A stretch of DNA of 64,000 nt from Patescibacteria group bacterium (GCA_041671565.1 JBAZBH010000001.1:7552-71551); one strand, 5' to 3'. Shown: positions 46,231-56,500, counted from the stretch's first letter. Numbers and translations: made by a program. The notes: a model not told the origin generated them from the sequence alone.

Positions 46231-47976
46231 GTATATCTCCTTACGGTAGCACTCCTCGCAATAAATCTTCCGATACCCCCACTCCGCCGGATAATATGAA
46301 GTAATTTTCTGCCCACAAAGCCCGCAAGCGGCCTCGCGGCCGAATAAGCCGGCCATCTGGCGGAAGTTTTCGGTCACGCGGTAATTATAATAATAGCGCG
46401 GCAAAGGAATGTTATTCGCTTGATAAAACTTGATTTCCTGCGGGATATAGCGAAAAATCTTGCCGGTTTTGCCGCATTTAATGGTTTTATTAACCACCGC
46501 TTCGGTTTTCGTCCCCTGAATACTGTCCGGCAATTCCTCGACCGTTAAATCAATTTTGGGCTCGGTGATAATCTCCTCCTGCCAACCGGCGCCGCGCGCC
46601 GCGACCTGCTCGCGGTTTTCCGGGAAATAAAGATAAGCGAGCGTGTCATTATAACCGTTATACATCATCGACACCGGCAGATACTCGCCATATTCGCCGC
46701 GCGCGGTCATTTTTTCTTTGATTAGTTTAACCAGCCGGCGATATTCGGCTTCGGGATATTGTTTATTCAGAATACAAAAACTCTTTTTGCGAAGACCAAC
46801 ACAACCGAAACAATCATGGCAATCTTCGCATTGATCCAGGTATTCGCTGTCGCGGCAACGGATAGCGTAAACACAAAATTTAAAATTATAGCAATCAAGC
46901 GACTGGGCAGAGCCGCAACTGAGCTGACCGCGGTAAGGTCCAACCGAGTCATAAATATCTTTATTGCCTAGCGCCCGCATCAGATTAAAGCAATCTTCGC
47001 CCTCTTCCATAAAAAAACAGTCGCGGCAATTTTTGCTCTCAGTCAGATAGTTACCCGAGCAGTTAACGGTTTTAACATTAAAGTTATCGCGGTGGATCGC
47101 CTCGGCAACTAAAACTTTTTTAAATTCAGCTTTTAAGTCCTGAATTGTGAACCAAGAGCCGAAATTGATTTCGGCGATTTTCCGCTCATACTCCGCCGCG
47201 CTGTATTGCTGATTTTTGATGCAGTATTCGGCGTTGCGGAGGTTCCAGCACATCAGACAATTCTTGCAGCCACGGCAATCATAGAGAAAATAACTATCCA
47301 GGCAGTCGCGGCTTTCCAGTGAATAATGGGTATTGTAACACTGCCAACAGCGAGTGCAGCTGTAGCATTTTTCCAGGTTATAAGAGTAGACCGAGTCAAA
47401 ACAATCTTTACAACCGACCATGCGATAACCAAAATACAAATCTTCACTTTCGGCAAAAGAACGGGTGAGATAACAATTCTTGCTGGTGTAAGCATCGTCG
47501 CAGTATTCACAATTAACATTAGTACCGTCAGTCAACTGATGATAATGCGGCGTCTTTTTTTGCAGGGCGGTTAATTGTTCGAGAAACGGCTGATCCAAAT
47601 TTACTTTCGCCTCCGGCACCTGCCAATTGTCTTTCAACCAATTTTCTCTTTTATAAACCGGGAACGGCGCCTGGGGTGAAAATGTCGAAATAATACTTTC
47701 GCCGGTCTGATCGCATTTTCTCTGGTAAAAATTGCCGAACGGCCAAAACGACGCCAAATGCTGGCGCCGGCAGTTGACGCAGAGCGTCGGCAGAGGCACG
47801 CCAATCCGGCCGTAGAACGCACGGTCCTCGGGGGAAATAGTAAACGCGGTTTGGCAGTTTTTACAAGCAGGCATAGGAATAATTAAAAGTGTAAAAATCA
47901 AAATGGAAAATGACAATTTAAAATTAAAAATGTCTAGTAAGCTAGTTAATTCATTAAACCGCCGAGAAGCTGGCAA
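46228..47976 (-). CDS. Cysteine-rich multi-zinc-ribbon protein (paralog 2). The likely real start is MPACKNCQ near 47868.
   Basis: It has the same architecture as 44472-46130: MPACKNCQ...CVNCR, repeated C-x2-C-x2-C-x2-C modules, and the C-terminus YCEECYRKEIY. Confidence 0.5.
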   Translation of the reverse strand: MPASRRFNELTSLLDIFNFKLSFSILIFTLLIIPMPACKNCQTAFTISPEDRAFYGRIGVPLPTLCVNCRRQHLASFWPFGNFYQRKCDQTGESIISTFSPQAPFPVYKRENWLKDNWQVPEAKVNLDQPFLEQLTALQKKTPHYHQLTDGTNVNCEYCDDAYTSKNCYLTRSFAESEDLYFGYRMVGCKDCFDSVYSYNLEKCYSCTRCWQCYNTHYSLESRDCLDSYFLYDCRGCKNCLMCWNLRNAEYCIKNQQYSAAEYERKIAEINFGSWFTIQDLKAEFKKVLVAEAIHRDNFNVKTVNCSGNYLTESKNCRDCFFMEEGEDCFNLMRALGNKDIYDSVGPYRGQLSCGSAQSLDCYNFKFCVYAIRCRDSEYLDQCEDCHDCFGCVGLRKKSFCILNKQYPEAEYRRLVKLIKEKMTARGEYGEYLPVSMMYNGYNDTLAYLYFPENREQVAARGAGWQEEIITEPKIDLTVEELPDSIQGTKTEAVVNKTIKCGKTGKIFRYIPQEIKFYQANNIPLPRYYYNYRVTENFRQMAGLFGREAACGLCGQKITSYYPAEWGYRKIYCEECYRKEIY

Positions 47977-48071
47977 TTTTACATTTTACACTGTCATTTT
48001 TATTTTTGATTTTTAAACTTTACATTTGCCAACAAATTTTCTTCATAAATTCATAAAACCCGTTACAGTTA

Positions 48072-48620
48072 TTAGCGCCTACCTTCAACTAAGTACACCG
48101 ACTTAAACCGCCGGCTAAATAGCCTCAGCGGAATAAACACCAAAGTTAAAATTAAGGCGAGGAAAAAAGCCTGCCAGCCAAGATTGGCGAAATAATCACC
48201 TGTTAATTCAATCATGAACGGCTGCCAACCCAGCCAAAAAGCCAAATTAAGGTAAATAAAATTAAAAAGTGAATATACTCCGAGGCCCAAAAGACTGAGT
48301 GAGAGCAAAGAATAAAGCGACCGATTGGTAAAAAATAACTTAAATAAAAAGTTAATCAGTAAAACGGCGCCCAGCAGCGGGAAAATAATGCCGCCGAAAA
48401 ATAACGGCGAATAGACTTCCAAAATCAAACCAGCGACCGCCGCTAGGTAAAGGCCCAACTGATAATTCACCAGCAAGACCACAAAAAAAATAAAAACTAA
48501 AATCAGATTAAGCTGGCTCCAGGGCCTCGCCAGCGCGCCGATAAAGCTTAACTGAAAAAAAATTAAAAATAAAAGCCAAACCAGAATACCGCCATTTTTA
48601 ATTATTTTAGCCGCGTCCAT
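48072..48620 (-). CDS. mreD: Rod shape-determining protein MreD (polytopic membrane protein).
   Basis: A 182-aa, entirely hydrophobic protein with multiple TM helices, directly downstream of mreC. Confidence 0.5.
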   Translation of the reverse strand: MDAAKIIKNGGILVWLLFLIFFQLSFIGALARPWSQLNLILVFIFFVVLLVNYQLGLYLAAVAGLILEVYSPLFFGGIIFPLLGAVLLINFLFKLFFTNRSLYSLLSLSLLGLGVYSLFNFIYLNLAFWLGWQPFMIELTGDYFANLGWQAFFLALILTLVFIPLRLFSRRFKSVYLVEGRR

Positions 48621-48650
48621 ATTTTTGGTTTTAATCTGCTAACTGGCGGA

Positions 48651-49448
48651 CTAAGGAATTAAGACTGTGACCAGACTCAGCCGCTGATAATCCACCAAGG
48701 GATAAATGTAAGCCTTGGCAAAAAGTTCGCTGGCATTTGCTTCCACCTTGTCAACCAGCCCTAAAAATAAACCGCGGGGAATATTTGATTGCAGGCCGGA
48801 AGTAATAATCGTTTGTCCGGGATCGATCTTCTCGTCTTGGGGAATCATCGTCAGTTTAACGCTAATGCCATGCTCGCCTTCCATAATGCCGACAGTTTGC
48901 TGTTGGTTTTGCACTGTCGCCGCCACGCGGCTTTGGCTGTCGGTTAAAAGGAGCAAAGTGGAAAAATTTTCTTGCACTTCAATAATCGTCCCCACCAAAA
49001 CGCCTTCGCCGGCGATTACCGGGTAGCCAACCTGAATGCCATCGGCCCGACCGCGATTGATAATCAAACCAGAAAGGCTGTTTTCGGCGACGCGCGAAGT
49101 AATGCGAGCGGTCACAAAATGATAACCCTTGCCTTCCACAAAATTCAGTTGCTGGCGAAGCAATTGGTTTTCTACCTCCAAAACCTTGAGTTGCGAGACA
49201 TCCAGCGCTAATTGTTCAAGTTTGGCCTTTAAAACTTGGTTTTCCTCGGTCAAGACGGCTTTAGTTTTAAAGCCGCCGGCGGCCGTGCCGGCTTCGGTTA
49301 AAGCGCCTTGGGCGGGTCCGGCTAGCTGAATGAACCAGTTGGTCAAAAAATTATTGCCCCACCGCCAATATAAAAAAACCAGCGCGAGACAAACCACCGC
49401 GCCAATCAGCCACCATTTAGTTCCCCGCTTATAACCAACTTGGTACAT
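48651..49448 (-). CDS. mreC: Rod shape-determining protein MreC
   Basis: An N-terminal TM helix, a coiled-coil (LKAKLEQLALDVSQLKVLEVENQLLRQQL), and a C-terminal beta-rich domain with GYPVIAGEGVLVG. Confidence 0.75.
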   Translation of the reverse strand: MYQVGYKRGTKWWLIGAVVCLALVFLYWRWGNNFLTNWFIQLAGPAQGALTEAGTAAGGFKTKAVLTEENQVLKAKLEQLALDVSQLKVLEVENQLLRQQLNFVEGKGYHFVTARITSRVAENSLSGLIINRGRADGIQVGYPVIAGEGVLVGTIIEVQENFSTLLLLTDSQSRVAATVQNQQQTVGIMEGEHGISVKLTMIPQDEKIDPGQTIITSGLQSNIPRGLFLGLVDKVEANASELFAKAYIYPLVDYQRLSLVTVLIP

Positions 49449-49458
49449 AAAACTAAAG

Positions 49459-49983
49459 TTAATCTAATATTTTGGCATCATAATTTTTTACATAATGCCT
49501 GTAATAGCCAATAAATCCGCTTATTAAAAACGATCCTTCGGCGATGACTCCCATCGGCGAGAAAATAATCGCGTTATACAAAACAATTATTGATGTACCA
49601 CCCATCATTAATTTTCTCATCAACCTGTTGTCTGCTTGAAAGTTTCCAGTGATAAAAATGATTAATCCAATATAAATTATCAAATCGGACAGGGCCTTAT
49701 AGGTGAAAAATAATGAAATCGTGTTTAGCGCGATAAAGACAAACAAGTATTTTTTATTGGTGGTGAAATAGCAGGTGATAAATCTCAAAACGGAAATAAA
49801 AACAATAACACCGGCCGCTGTTTTATTTAATAAAAAATAATGGGCGCTGATTAAGCTGGCTGAAACAATCAAGCATAAAAAAGTATATTCTCGCTTTTTA
49901 TATTGCAAACTTAGAAAGTCAAAGCCCATGGCGATAGCCATCGCGACTTGCGAGATTATAAACGGAAGCGTTAAGTCAGGCAT
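49459..49983 (-). CDS. Hypothetical polytopic membrane protein inserted between mreB and mreC. AT-rich.
   Basis: A 174-aa protein with 4-5 predicted TM helices. No recognisable motif. Confidence 0.4.
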   Translation of the reverse strand: MPDLTLPFIISQVAMAIAMGFDFLSLQYKKREYTFLCLIVSASLISAHYFLLNKTAAGVIVFISVLRFITCYFTTNKKYLFVFIALNTISLFFTYKALSDLIIYIGLIIFITGNFQADNRLMRKLMMGGTSIIVLYNAIIFSPMGVIAEGSFLISGFIGYYRHYVKNYDAKILD

Positions 49984-50016
49984 AGAAAGAAATAAAAAAG
50001 CCCCAAATAACTATTT

Positions 50017-51066
50017 CTAGACATCATTAGTGGAGGGAATTAATAGATCTTTGAGATTATCCAAATCTTCCAAAATCAGGCCGGTGCCGCGCGCCACGCA
50101 AGTCAGCGGATCATCGGCGACGCGCACCGGGATCTGGGTGATTTTGGAAATCACTTTATCCAGATTTTTCAGGAGCGCTCCCCCGCCGGTTAAGACCATG
50201 CCGCGCTCATAAATATCGGCCACCAAATCCGGCGGCGTAATTTCTAAGGTCGCTTTGATATTCTCAATGATGGTTTTAACTGACTTCGCCAGCGCCTCGC
50301 GGATTTGACCGTCGGTCACCATAATTTCTTTCGGCAAGCCGGAAATCAAATCGCGGCCGCGCATTTCCAACTCCAGCGGGTCTTTGAGCGGCCCGGCCGA
50401 GCCGATTTTCTTTTTGATTTCTTCAGCCACCGGCTCGCCCAAAAGCAGGTTAAAATTTTCCCGGGCGTACTGGACGATATTACGGTTCATCTCGTCGCCG
50501 GCAATGGTAATCACTTTAGCAGTAACAATGCCACCAAGAGAAATCACGGCAATCTCGCTGGTGCCGCCGCCGATATCAACGACTAAATTACCCACCGCCT
50601 CCTGCACCGGCATCCGCGCGCCAATCGCCGCCGCCATGGCTTCTTCCACCAAGAAAACCTCGCGCGCGCCGGCGGACAGCACCGCGTCTTCGGCTGCTTT
50701 CCGTTCCACTTCCGTCACTTCCAGCGGCACGCCGACAACGACCCGCGGCCGCGGAAAAAATGAAAAGCCCTCACCGTGCACTTTATTAATAAAATATTTC
50801 AACATTTTCTCCGCCACTTCAAAGTCGGAAATCACGCCGTTAACGAGCGGCCGCGTCACCAATAAATGTGGCGGCGCTTTGCCGATCATCCGCTGGGCTT
50901 CCGCGCCAACCGCGATAATCTGGTCGGTGCGGGTATTGACCGCCACCACCGACGGCTCGTTAATCACGATCCCCTTACCCATAACATAAACCAAGGTATT
51001 GGCCGTACCGAGGTCAATACCCAAATCTTTGGAAAAATAGCCGAGTAAGCGATCAACTAAAAACAT
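50017..51066 (-). CDS. mreB: Rod shape-determining protein MreB (paralog 2), in operon with mreCD.
   Basis: The actin-fold motifs are IDLGTANTLVYV, DIGGGTSE and VLTGGGALL. Confidence 0.9.
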   Translation of the reverse strand: MFLVDRLLGYFSKDLGIDLGTANTLVYVMGKGIVINEPSVVAVNTRTDQIIAVGAEAQRMIGKAPPHLLVTRPLVNGVISDFEVAEKMLKYFINKVHGEGFSFFPRPRVVVGVPLEVTEVERKAAEDAVLSAGAREVFLVEEAMAAAIGARMPVQEAVGNLVVDIGGGTSEIAVISLGGIVTAKVITIAGDEMNRNIVQYARENFNLLLGEPVAEEIKKKIGSAGPLKDPLELEMRGRDLISGLPKEIMVTDGQIREALAKSVKTIIENIKATLEITPPDLVADIYERGMVLTGGGALLKNLDKVISKITQIPVRVADDPLTCVARGTGLILEDLDNLKDLLIPSTNDV

Positions 51067-51133
51067 AAAATAATAATCATTCTAACTGTTTAAGCTCCTT
51101 CGTTGATAATCCACGATGGTCATAATTAAACGA

Positions 51134-51186
51134 CCGGCTGAAAAGCGATGCGAATGCTACAAATTACATGCGAATACTACGAATAA
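51134..51186. repeat. Copy A5 (left-arm half copy) of the cgaat/attcg element.
   Basis: ccggctgaaaagcgatgcgaatgctacaaattacatgcgaatactacgaat. It shares the gctacaaatt variant with A6. Confidence 0.75.
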
Positions 51187-51190
51187 TTAA

Positions 51191-51583
51191 CTATTCCGCT
51201 TGCTGGTTGTCTTTACTGAATGACAAAAATAAAAATTCTAAGAGTGACAAAAAGGCGACCAAGATTAATCCCAGCCACCAGGTTAAAAGGCTTAAACTAA
51301 CTAGTATCAACGAGCCGACAAGTAAAAGTGAAAATAATAGTCCCTGGCGGAGCGCCACCGCCACTTGGCGGACCGCTAAATCCTGGCGCACCAAAAGGCG
51401 CCGCAAAGCCAGCCCCAGAACGGCAAACGAAGTTGTTAAAGCAAAAAATAGGGTTAAGTAGAAAAAAAATAAGCCAAGAAAACCAGCCACTTCTGGATTA
51501 ATGCTAAACAGCACCACCACCCACGCGGCCCAGCAAAAAACCGCGATAATCGCCATAAAAAACAGGTATTTCTTTAAGGTCAT
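51191..51583 (-). CDS. Hypothetical small polytopic membrane protein
   Basis: A 130-aa protein with about 4 TM helices. Confidence 0.4.
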   Translation of the reverse strand: MTLKKYLFFMAIIAVFCWAAWVVVLFSINPEVAGFLGLFFFYLTLFFALTTSFAVLGLALRRLLVRQDLAVRQVAVALRQGLLFSLLLVGSLILVSLSLLTWWLGLILVAFLSLLEFLFLSFSKDNQQAE

Positions 51584-51820
51584 AAGGAGTGTTTAAGGTG
51601 GTTATATCTTAACAAAAATTGGGGTCTAAAACAAGGGTGCGAATTTATAAATAATTTCCAATTTTTAATTTAAAATTTCTAACCAATTTATAATTTTTAA
51701 TTTTAAATTACCACGAACTCGGTTGGAGGCTTAAAATTAAGAATTAAACCTTAAAAATTATTAAATAATAAATCTCAAATTCTCCGCCAACTCCTGCCCG
51801 CCGAAGAGGACGCGCTACAA

Positions 51821-52309
51821 CTACCGGTAGACTGCGCAGATTCTTCGCACCCATTTAAACTGCCTCAAGCTTTTAATAGGATAAGGCATATGGTCAAACC
51901 ACCGATCGGCAAAAGATTCGACTGTCAGTTTTATCACTTTTCCTAAATATGGGTCGGCTAAAAATATTTTATCTTTTTCCAGGCCGACAACCACAGAAAA
52001 ATGCGCGCCTTGTTCCGGGGAAAACCAATTAACAATCACCGGCACCTTCTTTTTAATAAACTTTTTTACCTCAACAATCGATGAATTGTCTTTACAAAAT
52101 CCCTTAAAACCAATTTTAGCGACCGCAACAACAAATTTATCATCTGGGCAACCCTCGTTTCGGTTAACTTTTCCGTTCTTAATCTCCATGGCAGTCAGTC
52201 TGGCCCAATACATTTCCGACTGTTTCACGCCATAATAATCCATCACCATCTTAAAACACGCCGGCCCGCAAAAGCCATAAGATTGCTTAAAGATTTTTAG
52301 TTTGATCAT
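51821..52309 (-). CDS. Peptidase C39-like (papain-fold cysteine protease) domain protein.
   Basis: The catalytic Cys context is SYGFCGPACFKMV. The downstream His context is GAHFSVVVG. About 160 aa, with no transporter domain. Confidence 0.55.
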   Translation of the reverse strand: MIKLKIFKQSYGFCGPACFKMVMDYYGVKQSEMYWARLTAMEIKNGKVNRNEGCPDDKFVVAVAKIGFKGFCKDNSSIVEVKKFIKKKVPVIVNWFSPEQGAHFSVVVGLEKDKIFLADPYLGKVIKLTVESFADRWFDHMPYPIKSLRQFKWVRRICAVYR

Positions 52310-52321
52310 ATAACAAAATAA

Positions 52322-53140
52322 TTATATTTTTTCATCTGCCGATTTATCAGCCTTTTTAGTAACAATAAAAGCCACATCTTTAAAAGCCGCCGTTTCATTT
52401 TTTTCAATAACCACCGGGTATTGAGCTTCAAATTTTTCTTTTAGAAAATCAAAGTATTGACCTTGCGTTCTAGCAACAAACAATTTACCGCCGGGATTTA
52501 ATTTTTCAATGGCGGCGCCGAGCGTCTGATCAAAGTATCTATCCTGAGGCAAGAAACCGCTACCTGAATAAAGCAACTCGCCAGCGCTATCAATTTCCAA
52601 ATCAAATTCCGGCTTGTCTGACATTTCCAAAATACTCCGCCATTTGGCGTCATTGGGATGCAAATCAGAACTTATTTGGGATAAAATTTCTCGGCTTTCC
52701 GCCGCTGATAGATTAATTTTACCTTGTTTAATATCCTGAACGATGGCTTTCTTTCTTCTTTCCGCTCTCTTCTTTACGAGCGAAGTTCCAAAAACTTCAA
52801 CCTGATCGCCGAATTTTGAACGAATTTGGTCATTGAAAAACCCGAAACCGCAGCCTAGGTCTAAAATTTTCATTTTACCTTTTATGCCAGCCGCTTTTCT
52901 CGTTTCAATCATTCCCGGTATCACTTCATTTAAAAAATCAACCCCGTGCAATTCATTGATAGTATAATCGCCTTCTCGAGAATAATCGCCCATTTTTCTG
53001 TCTGCCAGCCGACATTCCATAACTCGCCGATCGCGAGGCTTTTCGACATAATGATCTTTCGCCGCCGTGCTCCATTTCTCGCCAAAATGTTTTTTACTCT
53101 CGTCGCTCAAAAACGGCCGATTTTCAAATGCATTTGCCAT
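52322..53140 (-). CDS. Class I SAM-dependent methyltransferase
   Basis: Motif I is ILDLGCGFGFF. The acidic loop and motif II follow (VEVFGTSL). Confidence 0.65.
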   Translation of the reverse strand: MANAFENRPFLSDESKKHFGEKWSTAAKDHYVEKPRDRRVMECRLADRKMGDYSREGDYTINELHGVDFLNEVIPGMIETRKAAGIKGKMKILDLGCGFGFFNDQIRSKFGDQVEVFGTSLVKKRAERRKKAIVQDIKQGKINLSAAESREILSQISSDLHPNDAKWRSILEMSDKPEFDLEIDSAGELLYSGSGFLPQDRYFDQTLGAAIEKLNPGGKLFVARTQGQYFDFLKEKFEAQYPVVIEKNETAAFKDVAFIVTKKADKSADEKI

Positions 53141-53165
53141 AGATTAATTTTAATTATAACCCGCG

Positions 53166-53459
53166 CTAAGTAATAAACCTCAACTTCTTCACCAATTCCT
53201 CCCCGCCGAAGCGGCCGTTCAAGAGTTGAATAGCGCGGCGCTGATTGAGCTGGAGTTCTTGGGCAATGGCCGGCGACAGGCAGGCAACAGTCAGAGTTTT
53301 GTCTTTGAGATACAGCGCGCGGACCTTTTTGCCGGCTGGCGTGCCTAAAACTTCCACTGCCACCTCGTCAAAGGCGGCCGTCACCCGCGCGGCGTCAACC
53401 TGAACGGCGATGCCGGCGACTTTAATTCTTTTTTGCAGTAAACTTCTTAACGAGTCCAT
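53166..53459 (-). CDS. DUF721/DciA-like small protein
   Basis: About 97 aa. The N-terminus LRSLLQKRIKVAG...AVEVLGTPAG and the region LTVACLSPAIAQEL resemble DUF721 family members found near replication genes. Confidence 0.45.
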   Translation of the reverse strand: MDSLRSLLQKRIKVAGIAVQVDAARVTAAFDEVAVEVLGTPAGKKVRALYLKDKTLTVACLSPAIAQELQLNQRRAIQLLNGRFGGEELVKKLRFIT

Positions 53460-53469
53460 ATTTTAATAA

Positions 53470-53530
53470 TTCATTAGTATTCGTAGCATTCGCATGTAAT
53501 TTGTAGCATTCGCATCGCTTCCAGCCAGAT
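53470..53530. repeat. Copy A6 (right-arm half copy) of the cgaat/attcg element, inverted relative to A5.
   Basis: attcattagtattcgtagcattcgcatgtaatttgtagcattcgcatcgcttccagccag. Its reverse complement matches A5 closely. Confidence 0.75.
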
Positions 53531-53588
53531 AATTAGTACGACCATCGCGAATTAACCACAAAAAACCTAAACAATTAACACAATTAGC

Positions 53589-56500
53589 TTAATTCTCTCT
53601 AAACTCGCAAATTTCCCGGAAGTCGCAAAAGCGGCAGGGCCAGCCGGGCGTAGCCGTAAAATCCGACCCTTGAATCCGATCAATGATATTTATAATTTTT
53701 TCTTGGATTTTTTCTTTATCTTTCTCCGAACCGATAAACGACACGGCTTTATTTTCCTCAATGTAATAATAAGTCAGTTTCTGCGGCTGCAGCCCAAAGG
53801 CCTGCTCGGCCGCCAACTGGTAAATCAAAAGCTGGTCGCGGTCGTCGTCTTTGACTTCGGTTTTCGGTTGGCCGGTTTTATAGTCAATAATTTCCACCCC
53901 GCCAGCCACTTGGTCAATCCGGTCCACCCGGCCGGAGATTTTGTACGGGCCAACCGCGATTTTAAACGGGCTTTCCAGTTTAATCGGCGTCGGCCGATCT
54001 TGGCTGATTAGCCGATAATACTCTTTAAGTATTCGCCGGCCCTTGTCGCGGTATTCCTTTTTCTCGGCCGCATTTTTATACCAAGTATCCACCCAACTCG
54101 CTTCATAAAGCTCAAGCAAAACTTCCCATGACGGCAGAGCCAGCTTGTTGCCCGCCTTGGCGCCAAATAAATCAGATTGTCCCCCGCCCTCCAACATCTG
54201 GTTAAAAAACTTTTGCAAGGTCACATGAATGGTGGAGCCAAAACTAAAGCTGGGTTTGCCAAAAGTCGGAATTTTAAGGATATAGGCGTATTTATACTGG
54301 AGCGGGCATTTTTCAAAACTGGAAATCTGCGAAAACGGGAATTTGTCCGGCAAAGGCAACTTCGCCGCCGCCCCGCCAGCGCTAGTAGCATATTTAACCG
54401 TCTCAATAGTTTCCTTGTTCTCTTGTTCTCTTGTTCTCTTATTCTCTTGTCCCCCATACCCCAACTCCGCCAAAAACCGTGACGGCTTTTTTTTCTGTGA
54501 CCCGCCGTAATCTTCGGCGGAAGTCAAAAATAAGCCCAGCTTGGCGCGCGTGGCGGCCACATAAAACAGCCGCCGTTCTTCCTCCAGATGAATGTCGCCC
54601 GAGGGCGCCACTTCTTTGACCAGCTCATCGGGCAATTCAATGCTCTCGGCCCGTTCCGAAGTGGGAAACCGCAAATGAACCAGATTGACAATAAAAACAT
54701 ACTTGAACTCCAGCCCCTTGGCGCCATGAATGGTCATCACCCGCACAACATCCGGCCCGGCCTCGACATCCGCCTGCAGGCCGCCTTCTTCACCCGACTC
54801 CAACTCTAATTTCATTAACTCCAGAAAATCTTTCAGCTTCGGGTCATCAATTTCTTCTTCAAAGGCTTTGATTTTTTTATAAAATTGGTTCAAATACAGA
54901 AGATCTTCGCGGCCTTTCTCGTTGTCTAAGTCTTTCAAATAACGGACATAACCCAGCTCGGTCAAAAAAGTTATTAGCAGTTCGCCAACTGACTTTTCTT
55001 GCGCCAGCTGGGTGTGCCGGACAACAAAACTTAAAAGCTGATTAATTGTGTCTAGGGTTTTCGGCTCCAGGCCGGACATCAGGGCCGCCTTTTGCAGACT
55101 TTCATAGAGTGACCAACCCTGGCGGTAAGCCTGATGCGACAACTGGACTAGATCTTGCGGCGCGATTTTGAACATCGGAAAATTCAGCACCCGCCAGACG
55201 GCCGGACTTTCGTGATAATTGTCCAAAAGCTTGAAGTAAGCGAGTACATCTAAAATAACTTCTTTGGCATAAAGCCCGCGCAGGGCCAAAAACTGAAACG
55301 GCACACCGGCGCGGAGTAACGCGGCGTTAAATGGCTTGGCCGAAGCGTTCGCCCGCACCAAAATGGCAAAATCCGACCACTCGGTCTCCGGGTCGGCCTT
55401 TTTTAAAGCCAAAATCTGGTTGAGCACGCCGGCCACTTCCTCGCCGACCGTGCCATAATGCCGGTGCTCGATTTGGCCGCCGATCTCGTTTGCCGCCTTG
55501 AGCTGTTTATCAATTTTCTTGAATTTTTTGAGATTAACGCCCTTTTTTTGCGCCTGTTCTAATATCGCCGCGGATTCATTCAACCGGCACTCCAGCCGAT
55601 TGGGGTTATTGCCTTGGATAAATTTATAAGCCAAGTCCAAAATGTTTTGCGCCGAACGGTAATTCTCGGTCAGTACCACTTCCTTGGCCGCCGAATAATC
55701 GCTTTTGAATTCCAAGATATTAGAAAGTGACGCCCCGCGGAAGCGGTAAATCGCCTGGTCGTCATCACCCACCACGGTCAGATTATTTCGGGGGCTCGCG
55801 AGCAGCTTAATCAGTTGATACTGCGCCCAATTAGTGTCCTGAAACTCGTCCACCAAAATATATTTAAATTGTTCCTGATAACGCCGGAGAATCTGCGGCC
55901 GGTCTTGGAATAACTTCAAAGTATAATTAATCAAATCGCCAAAATCCAAAGCGTTGTTATCAAGCAATAATTGCTGATAAACCTGATACGCCCCCGCCAC
56001 CTCGTTTAATCTTTTAACCTCCATTTCATCCACCGCCTCTGACTTATCCTCTGACGGCGAATTATTGTCTTGTTCTTTTGTTCTTTTGCCTGCCCCGCGC
56101 ATGCTGGGGTTCTTTTGTTCTTTTGTTTTAATGTTCTTGTGTTTTAATGTCCTCCCCCCGCTACTCTCCATCCCATCCAAATTAATTTTCAACTTCTCGG
56201 CGTACTCCAAATAGTCCCCGGCCGAAATCATTTCGTCTTTCGCTCGAGAAAAATGTTTCAGGAGCGCATGGATAAACTTAGTTGGGTTGCCCAAGGGGTG
56301 GTAATAGTCCAAGTTAAACTTAGCCAAATTCTGCCGCACCAAAAGCCACTGCGCCGTTCCATCCATAATTTTAAAATCGCTCGGCAGACCAATGTCCAAG
56401 GCGTGAGTTTTTAGAATCCGCTCGCAAAACGAATGGAAAGTCGCAATCCACAAATCAACATAACCGTAAGGTAACAGCCGGTCCACCCGCTCTTCCATTT

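Noticed and set aside
2268-53530. Possibility that the recurring palindromic repeats form a CRISPR array.
   Set aside because: Copies are kilobases apart, irregularly spaced and separated by genes. They are themselves long inverted repeats rather than short direct repeats with unique spacers. No cas genes are present.
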